Of a stretch of DNA of 64,000 nt, positions 1 through 11,609 are shown in pieces. The position numbers were made by a program, and so were the translations under genes. Source of the DNA: Sporopachydermia quercuum (taxonomy: Eukaryota); the NCBI GenBank assembly GCA_001599295.1, contig BCGN01000005.1, positions 1,240,001 through 1,304,000 on the forward strand. The letters are read 5' to 3'. How positions within the stretch are numbered: the stretch's first letter is position 1; each line of letters opens with the position of its first letter. Under the pieces are notes generated by a model that saw only the letters and a program-made list of their open reading frames with translations, did no database searches and had not been told where the DNA came from.

Positions 1-3000
1 AGCATCTTCATATTGATAATCAAAACAGGTAAGAGCACCATACAAAATACTAGCCCTTCTAAGGAAAGGAGTTGTTGCTGTAGTAAGCATAGAACCTAAA
101 CCAAAGAAAAACCTCTTGACATCCTCGGTGTTATTGGCAATATACATAAGTTTATCGCCTGAAGTACCTGTTTGGTTGAATATANCCGTGAAAAAGTCTG
201 TTATAACTCCTAATTCAACTGCTTCTCCAAATTCACTTTCTGATGCAAAATCCAGAATATCATATTCGTCGGAATCTAGAACTCCATCTAACCAATAAGC
301 AACAAAATCGACAATAGAAACCGCTTTCGAGACCAGTTCGTACACAAGACACATTCTCACATGGTTTTGGAAGTGAAGTGGATCATGAAGAGTCAAACCA
401 ACTAGCTTTCCAAAGAAATCATCAGCTTGAAGGAAAACTTGCATTTTAATCTTCATCATTTCTCTCAGCTTCATCTTAGATACTAATACTTTCCATTGAC
501 AGTCAAGCAATGCCCTGTCGATAGGTCCAACAAGATCTGGTGCTACGTTACATTTCTTATGTCTGTGTCTGATTTCCAGGCCCTTAATTGAGCTGATAAA
601 AGCACGAATCAAGTCAGAATAGTTGTCGCCGCACATTACCACAGGATCCTCAACAATCTTTGTTTTCCATTCTGGTTGAGCTATCATATCAAAATACTTG
701 CTGAAAGAGTCAGTATTAACTAGCTCCATACCAACCAGACCATAAGAACTAATGATACGTAATACCCAAGGAGCCAGCGCCAAGCGACTTGCGGCGAAAT
801 NCTCTTCATACATAATAAAATCGCGGTCTTTTCTCAGTAAAGAAGATCTTGAAACCTGCGACAATCCAGGAATCTTAGGAAGATAGAAATTAGCTGTAGA
901 ACGACATAAGGGACATGAGACCACTTGCGGCATCCTTCTACCTTGAGGGGAGTTTTGATTTTCATTGCAATACTTTTCGAAACAAGTGTAATGGATTCTA
1001 TGGCCACAGCCATGAATAATTGGTATATCATCTACAGTTGAGTCATGATACACACTGTCATCCCAACCTTCACGATCTCTGTGACTATTATGATAAAACG
1101 ATTTTCCTTCAATACGGTAGCTAGTATGATAGTTCAAGGCAGGTCCTTCTGGACATTCGGAATAAATCTCGTCTCTATAAGATTCCCATTCTGATGATAC
1201 ACAGTACTTGTGATTTAAGGTAGACCCCTCTGCAAAGTTCTTGGCGATAATGAAAGGTAGGTACTTGGGCTGAACCTGATCCCAGTCAATGGATTCTAAA
1301 TATCTTACCAATGGTGTGTTATGTTTAGCGGCTAGTACGCCAGAGATGTCGGACTCTTTGAATGGGATTTTGCAGTAGATGCAGTATTCCGTGTTGTCAT
1401 CTTCCTCTACTCCCGTTTGGTCTTGATCCCTTTCTAGAGCATTTCCTGTAGTTTGCATGAACATCTTTTGATTGGCAGCAAATTCTTCTACGATTTTCTT
1501 CTGTCTCAGTCGGGCTCGTTCTTTCCTTGCTTCATCGTTGAGATTTACTTTTCCAATAGGCCGTTCCAACGACGATAGAAAGTCTTCCTCAGCAGAATTT
1601 GACTCAAAATTAAGAGATTCCAACAGGGTTGATTTATTCCATTGCATTAGCAATTTCAAACATGACTGAACAAGAGTTCTTGTTTCTTTGTCGATTGTTT
1701 CATCTGAAAACAACGAGAATAACGTATGGGCAATTGAATTTGACAAGTTTGACGCGTTTGCTAGATTGGAGGTTCGACATAGTGAAGAGAAAAATTGGTC
1801 ATAAGGCAATGGTTCGGATTGATCTAAATTAAGATCTAATGTCAGTGATTTAGGTTCGTCTTGTGAGGATTTGGCATCTATAAGACCTGCAAAAATGAGA
1901 TAAATGACTGCAAAAAGAATACCATCGTTTTTCTCACTGACAGCAAATGTGATCACGGCTTTGATAAATCGGATAATAGTTTCGCCCTTGGTGAAGGAAC
2001 CAATGTTACTGAAAGGTTTTGATTGCAAAAACGGGAAATTGATGTCGCTTGAAATGAGTTTTCTAGCTCTTTCTGCGTTATTTCCCTGAAGCAGTTTCAA
2101 TCCATGTACACCTCTATTGGATGAGCTGGAATAGCAAGAGAACAGCTGAATATTGTCATAATAACTCGACTTTAGACTGTACGTACCGACACTACTATGG
2201 TTACTAGGAGGATTATAATCAGACACCTCATCTAACACATAGTCTAGCAAAGGATCATCATCCCAAGTACTGAGACCAATTTCTTCTTCAATATAGGTGT
2301 AATTCCTTGGTTCTGCCATCAGCAAATATATCACAGCAGTTCGTATATGTTCATGAGTTTCTTCTTCTGTGGAGTGCTCTGCCTGTTGCTTATGCAGAAG
2401 AGCAGTTCTGTCAGAGAGAATAGTACACAGATGAGATACCAGGTCCTCAAGAATATATCCTGTGCGTTCCTGATACACAGGAATCACATCTGGAGCGACA
2501 GAAGCGTCCTTAATCCATTCAGTAAATCCATACCTATCAATCAAAGTCAATAAAGCTGTTTCAGGGTCCGACATAGAAAAGAACAACTGCAAGAGATACA
2601 TATTGTTCATATAGCCAAACTTGAACAATTCATCTGGAGTACTGATTTCACCAAAAGCTCGACACTGTAATGTTACCAGTGAACCGTTTCGCACCCATAT
2701 GTCGTACTTCATTTGAGATAATAGAACTACGTTTCTTATAATCTGCTCGAAAAATAGTAAAACTGTTTCTTCCCATGTATAGCCATCTAGTGAGTCTTGG
2801 GTTTCTTGTGCAATATAGTTCCACAGTCCCAGGAAATCAGTTCCCGGGTAGCATGAAAATAGCTTTTTAAGTAACATTGCCCAATAGAAGTTCAAAGGAC
2901 ATAAAAGGGAAACTGAATTGTAAGGATTTTCCACTTCAAACTCAATGATCTTACATTTATAAGTCCCCAGATCGACAGCTTGGAATGTGGGATCCAATGG

Positions 3001-5055
3001 CTGCTGAATAATCAAATTGAATATTCTGGCTAGCGATTTGGTCTCATAATTAACTGATACAGAGTTACTTATTGCTTTATCAGTAGCGTTGTCGGCTTGA
3101 GGCAGAAGACTATCAACAGCTGTGAGAATGCTTGCCAGTTTCAATGCAAATCCCAGAATTTGAATAAAAATGCTTGGCCTTTCGTACATCACATGAGCAC
3201 CTGTTTTCCTGGAAATCTTCATCGATTGTTGTAATCCTGTGAATACGTTATCCATAATGCATATTTTGTCATATTCCAATGTATTATCATCAGACTGAAC
3301 TCCTTTAATGAACACTTCGATCAGGTTTCTTAACGGACGAACTGAACTATGGAGCATTAAATTCTCGTTGAATTTAAACGCACCATATATAGGTCGACTC
3401 TCTTCAATCTGGTAAAATAGATCAGCAGAATGATAAAACGCTTCAGCTGCAAAAACCATCTTCCTGAGAAGGTCCCCATTGTTCCCACGTATGATATCTT
3501 TCGTCGTAGAAACTGTTGTGAGTAACTGAGCCATAATATTATCAAATCCATTGAGATCCTTTTCACGATCAACGTTATATAACGTATGAAGTAGTTGGGG
3601 ATACATAGACAGGATGTCATTTCCCATCTGCGGTTTGAAATCTGGTGACATGATTAAAACAGATCCTAAGAACTTCTCTAAATTCAGTCGAGTACTTTTG
3701 TCGAACCTCGGTTCCATGTACAACAAATACTGTAACCGGGATTGAGACAATAGCCTGTCTGGAGATATGCTTGACGCTTCATTACTTCCAACACGTTTGA
3801 CCAAAACTTCAGGGATTTTTTGCTTCTCGTTGAGAAATCCATATTTAAAAGTGTGCAAACCTGATTCGGTGGTTGCGATATCATTTGGATACATACGCGG
3901 TGGGTTCTGAACGCCTTTATTTCTTTGTGATAATAACACTTTACACAAACACGAAATTACTGTTGATTGTATCACTTCATTTCTTCTTGCAACCAAATCA
4001 CAAAGAAATTTAACACAGTAGCCAACTAATTGAAAGCGGAAATAATCCCTTCGGGAGCAAATTGTTGCGGCTATGCCCGATTCACCTGCAATTGCTTTTC
4101 TATTGATGAGGTTCTCGACATTTTCTTGACCTTTGATAGCAGCCTTGCCTTCGCGATCGATCAGCTCACACAATAGACGAGCCTCGGATCTGGTGAGGCC
4201 AGTGCTATTGAGAATACAATTTTGAGCATCGTCAAAAGAATGTAACTCATCATTCCACAGGACAAGGACATATTCAGAAGAATTCTCGTCTTTATAACTA
4301 TAGACGTCTTCTAAAAGGTTTGATTGGTTGGAATAGTCAATTGGATCTATATCGTCTGTGTAGTTTCTATGGAAGGGAGAGGTCACCTTTGGAAGCAGCA
4401 CTGGCTCGTTGAAAGTGATCACATCAAGAATGTAATCAAAAATCACCTCTAAAGTATCGTATATACTATCATGAAGATCTTGCGGTACAGTTTGTGAGGA
4501 TTCGGCAAATTCGTCTTTGATTGATGCCTTACAATGTAATTCTTTGTTCCAAGCTTCAGGATCACCACAATCACAACAACCGCTACTACTCAGAGGGAAA
4601 TAAACACTCACTTGATGGCCTTCGTGATCATTGGGATTAAAGCAATCATCACAGAGCACACATGTATCATCTGCTTGACAATCACGACATCTATACAATC
4701 GTGACTTAGGATTAAAAGAAGCTCCGCAAGTTCTTCCTTCATGATTAGCCGATGTCTTTTTAGGATTTCTGGGTTCCACCGTTAAGGCAAATTTTGTCAG
4801 ATTCAAATAATCATGATCGTCGATATACTCTTCAAAAAAATCTTCTAGGTTATCTAGTCCTGGAGACCCTGTTTGGCTGTATATATAATCCATATATTTA
4901 CCATTACCAGCGATTGATATCTCCAAGGCGTGAAACAGCAATGATTTAACAACATCTGAAGAGTATGAACAATATGAGCTATTTTCAAAGTTCAAAACTT
5001 TAGGCAAAGCAGCAAACAGCCGTTTGAGAGTCTTCTTATGATCTGTTTGACCCAT
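1..5055 (-). CDS. UBR1: N-end-rule E3 ubiquitin ligase (N-recognin), Ubr1 family; 3' end runs off the window
   Basis: Absent from the ORF track, consistent with no stop inside the window. Segments translated by hand from ATG 5055 (MGQTDHKKTLKRLF...) give a UBR box (HEGRTCGASFNPKSRLYRCRDCQADDTCVLCDDCFNPNDHEGHQV...GCCDCGDPEAWNKELHCK, ~4530-4745), a ClpS-like domain (YVLVLWNDELHSFDDAQ...IDREGKA, ~4140-4275) and a RING-H2 (CIYCK ... GCGHRIHYTCF ... CPLC, ~900-1390). The ClpS-like domain favours UBR1 over UBR2. Confidence 0.88.
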   Translation of the reverse strand, partial: MGQTDHKKTLKRLFAALPKVLNFENSSYCSYSSDVVKSLLFHALEISIAGNGKYMDYIYSQTGSPGLDNLEDFFEEYIDDHDYLNLTKFALTVEPRNPKKTSANHEGRTCGASFNPKSRLYRCRDCQADDTCVLCDDCFNPNDHEGHQVSVYFPLSSSGCCDCGDPEAWNKELHCKASIKDEFAESSQTVPQDLHDSIYDTLEVIFDYILDVITFNEPVLLPKVTSPFHRNYTDDIDPIDYSNQSNLLEDVYSYKDENSSEYVLVLWNDELHSFDDAQNCILNSTGLTRSEARLLCELIDREGKAAIKGQENVENLINRKAIAGESGIAATICSRRDYFRFQLVGYCVKFLCDLVARRNEVIQSTVISCLCKVLLSQRNKGVQNPPRMYPNDIATTESGLHTFKYGFLNEKQKIPEVLVKRVGSNEASSISPDRLLSQSRLQYLLYMEPRFDKSTRLNLEKFLGSVLIMSPDFKPQMGNDILSMYPQLLHTLYNVDREKDLNGFDNIMAQLLTTVSTTKDIIRGNNGDLLRKMVFAAEAFYHSADLFYQIEESRPIYGAFKFNENLMLHSSVRPLRNLIEVFIKGVQSDDNTLEYDKICIMDNVFTGLQQSMKISRKTGAHVMYERPSIFIQILGFALKLASILTAVDSLLPQADNATDKAISNSVSVNYETKSLARIFNLIIQQPLDPTFQAVDLGTYKCKIIEFEVENPYNSVSLLCPLNFYWAMLLKKLFSCYPGTDFLGLWNYIAQETQDSLDGYTWEETVLLFFEQIIRNVVLLSQMKYDIWVRNGSLVTLQCRAFGEISTPDELFKFGYMNNMYLLQLFFSMSDPETALLTLIDRYGFTEWIKDASVAPDVIPVYQERTGYILEDLVSHLCTILSDRTALLHKQQAEHSTEEETHEHIRTAVIYLLMAEPRNYTYIEEEIGLSTWDDDPLLDYVLDEVSDYNPPSNHSSVGTYSLKSSYYDNIQLFSCYSSSSNRGVHGLKLLQGNNAERARKLISSDINFPFLQSKPFSNIGSFTKGETIIRFIKAVITFAVSEKNDGILFAVIYLIFAGLIDAKSSQDEPKSLTLDLNLDQSEPLPYDQFFSSLCRTSNLANASNLSNSIAHTLFSLFSDETIDKETRTLVQSCLKLLMQWNKSTLLESLNFESNSAEEDFLSSLERPIGKVNLNDEARKERARLRQKKIVEEFAANQKMFMQTTGNALERDQDQTGVEEDDNTEYCIYCKIPFKESDISGVLAAKHNTPLVRYLESIDWDQVQPKYLPFIIAKNFAEGSTLNHKYCVSSEWESYRDEIYSECPEGPALNYHTSYRIEGKSFYHNSHRDREGWDDSVYHDSTVDDIPIIHGCGHRIHYTCFEKYCNENQNSPQGRRMPQVVSCPLCRSTANFYLPKIPGLSQVSRSSLLRKDRDFIMYEEXFAASRLALAPWVLRIISSYGLVGMELVNTDSFSKYFDMIAQPEWKTKIVEDPVVMCGDNYSDLIRAFISSIKGLEIRHRHKKCNVAPDLVGPIDRALLDCQWKVLVSKMKLREMMKIKMQVFLQADDFFGKLVGLTLHDPLHFQNHVRMCLVYELVSKAVSIVDFVAYWLDGVLDSDEYDILDFASESEFGEAVELGVITDFFTXIFNQTGTSGDKLMYIANNTEDVKRFFFGLGSMLTTATTPFLRRASILYGALTCFDYQYEDA

Positions 5056-5542
5056 TGTGATTACACAGTAGGTAAAGCAGTTATTGCTCTGGTAAATGTG
5101 TGGGATGAATAAAGTGTGTATCTCAGAAGTATATACGTAAAATATTGTGCTGCCACTACAATGTCTAACCAATGTTTTGGTTTAATTGGGAGCAATTCTT
5201 GATGATACAGTCTAGTCAATATTGATTTCTATTCTTTGATGTTAATTACTCCTGATACTGGTTGCTATATTTTGATATATCTGCCTGAAAGGAATAGAAC
5301 ACAGTGTGGAAATCAGAAACAACAATTGGTGAGTCTATCAAACAAAATGGTCTCTAAACGTCTGAAGTAAGTACCATATAATAGATCAGAAGTAAATAAG
5401 GTCCTATTTGATAACAAGAGGAAGCCAATAATGAATGATGACCTTAACTAAGAAAAGCAAGAGTCTAATGAGATGAGAAGGATGAACAACGCTGAGTGAG
5501 ATTGTGGAAGAATGTAATTTCGGATACCATATGGAATTAGGA

Positions 5543-5764
5543 CTTATCTTCTCCGGAATGAGTATCTGCAGGAACAAGCGATAAGATCGGCGATGATATT
5601 TAATATTGGAAAGAAATATCATCAAACATGTTATTTGATAATTTCTGCCTCCTAGGGCCGTGTATAGTCAAATAATCTACCAGATGAACCATTATACTAG
5701 GATTTTGCTGAATGAGCAAGCGCCGATAAGGATCCTCATATTCTCATATTATGGACACGATAAG
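5543..5764. promoter_or_regulatory. Cluster of four GATAAG (GATA-factor) motifs upstream of UBR1
   Basis: CTTATC 5543-5548; GATAAG at 5580-5585, 5725-5730 and 5759-5764, these three reading CGATAAG. Confidence 0.45.
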
Positions 5765-6174
5765 AACGCTATAAATGGAATTCACTATCATTTCCGTGAT
5801 TACTTTGACTCCAGTTTTCTGAAATAGTGGCGAGGATTCAAAGAATTATTACCAATAAATAAGAAAATAATGGAATAAATCATATTTCTACTTGCAGGGT
5901 GATCTATATATTGTTTGCTAATTTATCTTCACTCCCATAACCCTTAATTATGAATATATGAATAAAAGAGAAAGATACTGTCATATTTACGATACAAAAT
6001 TTCATTGGGAATGGTATCACGTGAAACGATATATTTTGATGTGATGATTCTAATCTCAAAACCATACCACTGATTGTTACAATTAGTTAAAATGTTCTAT
6101 TACTACTATACAAAAATATTGCTCTAATTACACATAATTAAAAATATGATAAATATACAGATGATGACCATTAT

Positions 6175-8364
6175 TCAATTATCAAGTTTAGCTAGATTTA
6201 CCTTGATTGGAGACATGGTCATTGATCCCTCAATCGTAGCATCAACTTGCCTCAAAGAGGACTTTCCTGAGTGTCGGAGAGATTTTCCCGAATTGGGCTC
6301 TCTTCTTTCGTTATTGCTATACACATGATCCTGCTCTTTCTCGTTGCTCTGGTCAAGCATTTGCTCATTATTCAATGTTGACGCATCTGCAGACCCTCCA
6401 TGATTTGTTACACTCTTATTAAATATAAAGGATACCCTTCCGACTCCTATTTCCTTAGAAACCATAGATCTTCTACTCAAAGTAGGATTTTTACTTTTTA
6501 GTCCTTCAGGGTTTTTGCTTTTTTCTATTCTGTCAAGATTCCTAATATCATCGTTCCTGTAATTCGTTTCTTCAGTACCATGTCTTTCTTCTATCTTGTC
6601 TCTAATCATGCCATCCAATTGTTCTAGATTTTTTCCTTTTCTTACACATAGCTGAGAGATCTCGTTGCTCGTATTATACAGCCTTTTCAATATTCTCTCT
6701 GACTTTTTTGCTACTTCATTCTCGTCATCTCCATTTATATTCTCAACCGATATCAGTAGCTTCTCTAATTCAATGATATAAAAGCTAACCTCATCATCTT
6801 CTACACCTTGAAGTATTGTCTTCACTTTCTGATAGTACTTTTCTATTAAATCGTGTACGGAATCTTTGGTGACAGGTTCAATAGCAGGTGACTCCGCTGC
6901 ATCTGGAGTATTTATAGATACAAATGGTTCAGCCTGCTCAGAAATATAACCGTTGGTTCCTAATACTGACTTTTCAGTAGTGTGCTGTTGCTCATTTAAT
7001 TTTGTATTCCACTCTGCTGAAACGGTATGTACTGATTCAGAAACCGAGTTGGCATTATCGTTAATGGTGCTCTGATCTCTGGTACTTCTCTCAAAACCAT
7101 CATCACCATTCAACTGGGCAGCAGGGTGTAACGACTCCTCTTCCGTTTCGGTATTTTTGGGTGGAAATTTCTGTTTAGCTCTGCCTCTTGTACGAGCTTT
7201 TGACCTGTATGTCTCTTTCTTGTTGGATGTCATATTCCCTGGTTTCCTATTACTAACAGGTTCCAATGCGGGAGTTGCAGCAGAAGCAGCTTCAAGCTTA
7301 CTGACAGCTTTCTCAAGACGTTTGAACTTCATTTCATTTAATTTTCTAACATTTTCTATTCGGAGAAAAGCAGAGGCCGGATTATGTGGCGTAGCATTTG
7401 ATAGTTCTGCCAATTCATTGAATCGTATGTTCATATTTGCTTCCACATTTGCTATTTGCTCAGTAAATGCACTTCGTTGTTTAATTTGTTCTTCCTTTAT
7501 TTCAATAATTTCCTGTCGTATGCTTCCCACTTCATTTTCAAGCTTTGTGTGAGATTCAATCAAGCTGTCAATAACTTCTACAAGCTCTATAAGAGACGAG
7601 TCTATTTGCCTATTGTGTATGGATGATTTGAAATCATCATTGTATGTTCCTTTTGTAACTTCTGTTCGTTTATCATTATAATAATTATTGTCCGCTTCAT
7701 AATGATGTTCATAATCATCTCCATGGTCAAATCTACTATCCACAACACTCAAGTTATCGTGCTTGTTGGAGGCGCCCTTATGTTCATCATGGCTAAGTTT
7801 CTTCGGAGAAGGTTCTATACCATCAAAAGACACGTCAATATATGGATGATCGTTCACCGACGATTGTCTAACTTTTCTTCTTTTCCTCTTATGTTTCTCT
7901 CTCCGTGTTCCTTGTTTTTCATCACTAGGAGTACCAATAAACTCAGGAATTGTTCCTGGCATGCTACCAGCTTTATTAGGAGTCAAGGAATGATACTTGA
8001 ACCAACTGGTGATAGTAGAAGTCAATGAGCTAGTCTCCGTGTTCTTATCAGCTTCTATGGGATTCATTGAAGTTTCTCCACGCTTCCTCTTATTTCCAGT
8101 TTTTCCTATTACTTGAATTTCTGATGGTATTTTATATTCTTTCTGATTTACAGCTTCGACTTCACTGCTGGAACATGCTGTTTGCTGGTGTTTCAGACTA
8201 TCATCGCGAAACCCCGTGTTTACGCGTGTCTTCTTTCTACTATTTCTTGGGCTATTATTTGCTGTAGATGTTCTGTCGCTTGTGTGCTTCTTCTTGTTTT
8301 CCCCCANATTGGCATCTTGATAAGCCTTCAGCATGGAGGAAAATATAGAATCTGACCAAGTCAT
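6175..8364 (-). CDS. Hypothetical 729-aa protein: low-complexity N-terminus with basic NLS-like patches, central and C-terminal coiled-coil segments
   Basis: Long uninterrupted ORF; heptad-like region LIELVEVIDSLIESHTKLENEVGSIRQEIIEIKEEQIK; KHKRKRRK patch; no domain I recognise. Confidence 0.75.
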   Translation of the reverse strand: MTWSDSIFSSMLKAYQDANXGENKKKHTSDRTSTANNSPRNSRKKTRVNTGFRDDSLKHQQTACSSSEVEAVNQKEYKIPSEIQVIGKTGNKRKRGETSMNPIEADKNTETSSLTSTITSWFKYHSLTPNKAGSMPGTIPEFIGTPSDEKQGTRREKHKRKRRKVRQSSVNDHPYIDVSFDGIEPSPKKLSHDEHKGASNKHDNLSVVDSRFDHGDDYEHHYEADNNYYNDKRTEVTKGTYNDDFKSSIHNRQIDSSLIELVEVIDSLIESHTKLENEVGSIRQEIIEIKEEQIKQRSAFTEQIANVEANMNIRFNELAELSNATPHNPASAFLRIENVRKLNEMKFKRLEKAVSKLEAASAATPALEPVSNRKPGNMTSNKKETYRSKARTRGRAKQKFPPKNTETEEESLHPAAQLNGDDGFERSTRDQSTINDNANSVSESVHTVSAEWNTKLNEQQHTTEKSVLGTNGYISEQAEPFVSINTPDAAESPAIEPVTKDSVHDLIEKYYQKVKTILQGVEDDEVSFYIIELEKLLISVENINGDDENEVAKKSERILKRLYNTSNEISQLCVRKGKNLEQLDGMIRDKIEERHGTEETNYRNDDIRNLDRIEKSKNPEGLKSKNPTLSRRSMVSKEIGVGRVSFIFNKSVTNHGGSADASTLNNEQMLDQSNEKEQDHVYSNNERREPNSGKSLRHSGKSSLRQVDATIEGSMTMSPIKVNLAKLDN

Positions 8365-8722
8365 GATTATGAAGAAATCAACCTGGGTTGTGCTTGGTAT
8401 GTATGCATCAGTAGTTGTGTTGGGTAGACCGATGTGTATCTGTGGTATTGTTCAAGAATGGAACGACTCTCAGCCTCCAAAAAAACTGTGCTTTACAGAA
8501 TGCAAGTTTAAAGCAATTCAGTAACAGATTAGAACGTGTCATGGTTATCGAAAACAGTGTTTCCGTTCAATTGATTGGTGTCTAGTTTGTGGTTATCTGT
8601 ATGTCCATCTACTCATACAAAGAAGAATTATTACATGAATGATTGGAGTTATCCTGGTGCCTGTTTTAAGACGGAGATAGAGCGTTGGGTTGAAGAAGTC
8701 ACCTGAAATCTGAATTATCTTA

Positions 8723-8789
8723 TCACGTGAGTTTCTTGTTATTTATACAATTTGGTGTTGAAAATCAATGAACACGAAAGAATACGCGT
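8723..8789. promoter_or_regulatory. E-box, SCB and MCB elements in the divergent promoter of the 729-aa ORF and DPB2
   Basis: TCACGTGA 8723-8730, CACGAAA 8773-8779, ACGCGT 8784-8789. MCB/SCB elements are typical of G1/S replication genes such as DPB2. Confidence 0.55.
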
Positions 8790-9217
8790 CTGGTAATGGG
8801 TAAACATGGTATTACTGGCTGATTATGATAACTATGATTTAAACACTGAGCTCCTTATATATTCTATTACATTGTCAACTATATCAGCAGGATTTATTTG
8901 TCCGCAATCGATATTGTATAGTATAGGAAACTCATCAACTGGCATTTTTATGATCTTTCCGGTAGGAGAAAGAAAAGGAACCTGATAATCTGTCTATATA
9001 CTGATTGTTAGCTCATAGTTAGAGACGGTGAAGAAGACTATAGTGATTGATCGTAAGAAGAAAGATTTTATGAGATCTAGTATGTTGTAGGCCAAAGCTT
9101 ATTTACTCTCTTATTGTTGAATCAAGAATAGCATTTCCGGCAAAAGAANGGACTCCTTTTGAGGAATAAAAAGTTCTACTACACTTTCATTATACCTCAT
9201 CTTATTTAATAACCAAA

Positions 9218-11452
9218 ATGGCACCTATAAACACGCCAGCAGTTCTTCCCATTCAACTACAACCATCAAACTTAAGACCAGTCGCTTATAGGATCCTGTC
9301 TAAAAAACATGGGTTGAATATTAAATCATCAGCTTTGCAGAAATTAGCAGATTTTATGGGGAAAAGGTTTGGAATTGAATGGAGAGGAGCCAAAGCTCAA
9401 TTGTTTCTTGAAGAAGTCGCAAGACTATGGAAAGAAGAAGACAGAGGTTTGTTTTTAGAAGGAGATGAACTGGATCTAATAATTAGAGAAGTTGCTGAGA
9501 AGCAGAAAAACAGGCATACTATAAGAACAACCAATACCATACTCACAGGCGTTGTAGATGATCTGGCAAAAACTACGAATAAAGTCACCACAGATGAGCT
9601 AATATCAACGCAGAGTGAACAATCAACAAGTAATTTTTCCACAAGAAACAACATCTCTAATCTGGATAATCTGTCCCTTGACTGGAAAGATTATTTCAAA
9701 GTATTTGATGCCTATAAACAAAGACCTATTAAATATAATCATCTACGACACAATTTCGAATACATACAAGAAGAACAGAATATTCATAAAGGCAAAGACT
9801 CTGATATTACTGAGATATCCAATATCAAGATTCCTAAAGCTGAAAGCTTGATCCAGTTGTATTTCAACAGATATTACATTCTTTATGATAGGTTACTACG
9901 GAACGAGAGTTTGCAAGGTCCCACAGTTACTCAACTGTCAGAGAAGTTTTCATTCTCTTCACAATCAAATGGGCTAACAAAAGAGAAACGAACTATTACT
10001 GCTATCAAAAATCTGCTAGGAAGAGCAGGCAAAATGTTCATTGTCTTCGGTTTATTAGCAAAATCACCTAAAGGAAATTGGACATTACAAGATGCCTCCG
10101 ATACGATAGATCTGGATCTTTCAATTACATCTGCTGCACCTGGGGCTTACTATGTTCCAGGAAATTTTCTACTATGCGAAGGAATTTACAAAGGAAATGG
10201 TAGATTGCAAGTGATATTCATAGATCATCCACCTGTTGAAAGTCGTCTTAAATCATTAGAAGCTTTCGGTCATATGGATTTCTTTGGCGTCCACAGATCA
10301 GTTGCTCTTTCTAGTCATAACAATTTCCTACCAGTTAGAATTGACAAATCTGTATATAACGAATTGGTTGTTCAGGAGCAAGAACTAATACATCATAAAA
10401 TGATTGCCCTAGGAGGTGATCTACATCTGGATAACCTTAGGACATTCGATGCTTTGAAAAAAACATTCACAAGCATTCAAGCAAATAAAAATCTTCCGTT
10501 GGCCATTGTATTTCTAGGTAATTTTACTTCAATCCCATTTCATTCTGGAGGATCACCAGCTAATACGACTACCTACAAAGAGGGATTTGACACGCTTGCG
10601 GCATTGATAGAATCATTTCCTAGAATCGCCAAAGCAGTCAAACTTATATTCATACCTGGTGATAATGATCCATGGGGTTCAATGGCTGGTTTTGGTGGAG
10701 CTGCTACTTGGCCATTGCATCCTATTCCACCGTCTTTCGTTACGGCCATGAGAAGAGTTTCTAAAAATTGTGAATGGACATCAAATCCCAGTAGAATGGT
10801 TTACCTATCACAGGAAATAGCTTTTGTTAGGGAAGAGTATGGTAATAGATTCCGACGTAAAAATGTGATACTGGAAGAACAAACAAAGAAGTCAACTGAC
10901 TCCATAGACTCTATTCAATCAGATGTTGGTCACGATGTTGATGCTTCTGTATTGGAGGCTAGAAAGGTATGTTTTTCTTATGAATTATTTGATATCGGAA
11001 GCAGAAGCATCATCTCTGATAAATATTGAACATAACCAAACTTCTGTACTTTATCAGAACCTAATAACTAACTGAATAACATCTAGGTTGTCAGAACGAT
11101 TCTTGATCAAGGTCACTTGAATCCATTTGGCTTGGATGAGCGACCAGAAGTTTGGAGTGCTGATCAAACAATGCATTTATTACCGGCACCAACGTTAGTA
11201 AGTATAACAATTGAGACTGATGGTAAAATAGCGCATGGTGGATATACACAAAAGTATATTTATGCATCATTATGATACTAACACCTATATAACTAGGTAT
11301 TAATGGCAGATACATCAACTCCTGAATTTGATGTCACTTATGAAGGATGTCATGTTGTGAACTCTAGTCGATATATCAATAACTCTCAAGCAAACTGGAT
11401 AGAGTACAACTTTTCCTCTAGAAAAGTGACATTCCAAAAGGTAACTGTTTAA
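9218..11452 (+). CDS. DPB2: DNA polymerase epsilon subunit B; exons 9218-10966, 11087-11197, 11297-11452
   Basis: N-terminal LRPVAYRILSKKHGLNIKS, IFIPGDNDPW, WTSNPSR. Introns 10967-11086 (GTATGT..ACTAAC..TAG) and 11198-11296 (GTAAGT..TACTAAC..TAG) restore the conserved C-terminus ARKVVRTILDQGHL...LLPAPTLVLMAD...YEGCHVVN. Confidence 0.93.
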
Positions 11453-11609
11453 TACGCTGAGTTCATATATGGAGCTGATGTTGAGGATCATTACTGATGA
11501 GCTGAATAATAGCTAGGAAGTGTTATTCATCAGATTCAACCTGACACTTACCTCAATATTCATCATTCAATACATTCAGCTTTGTCTCTATCTATACGAC
11601 TGTATTAGT

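Noticed and set aside
116..3884. Short ORFs listed in the track within 116-3884
   Set aside because: They are antisense or off-frame shadows of the UBR1 coding sequence.
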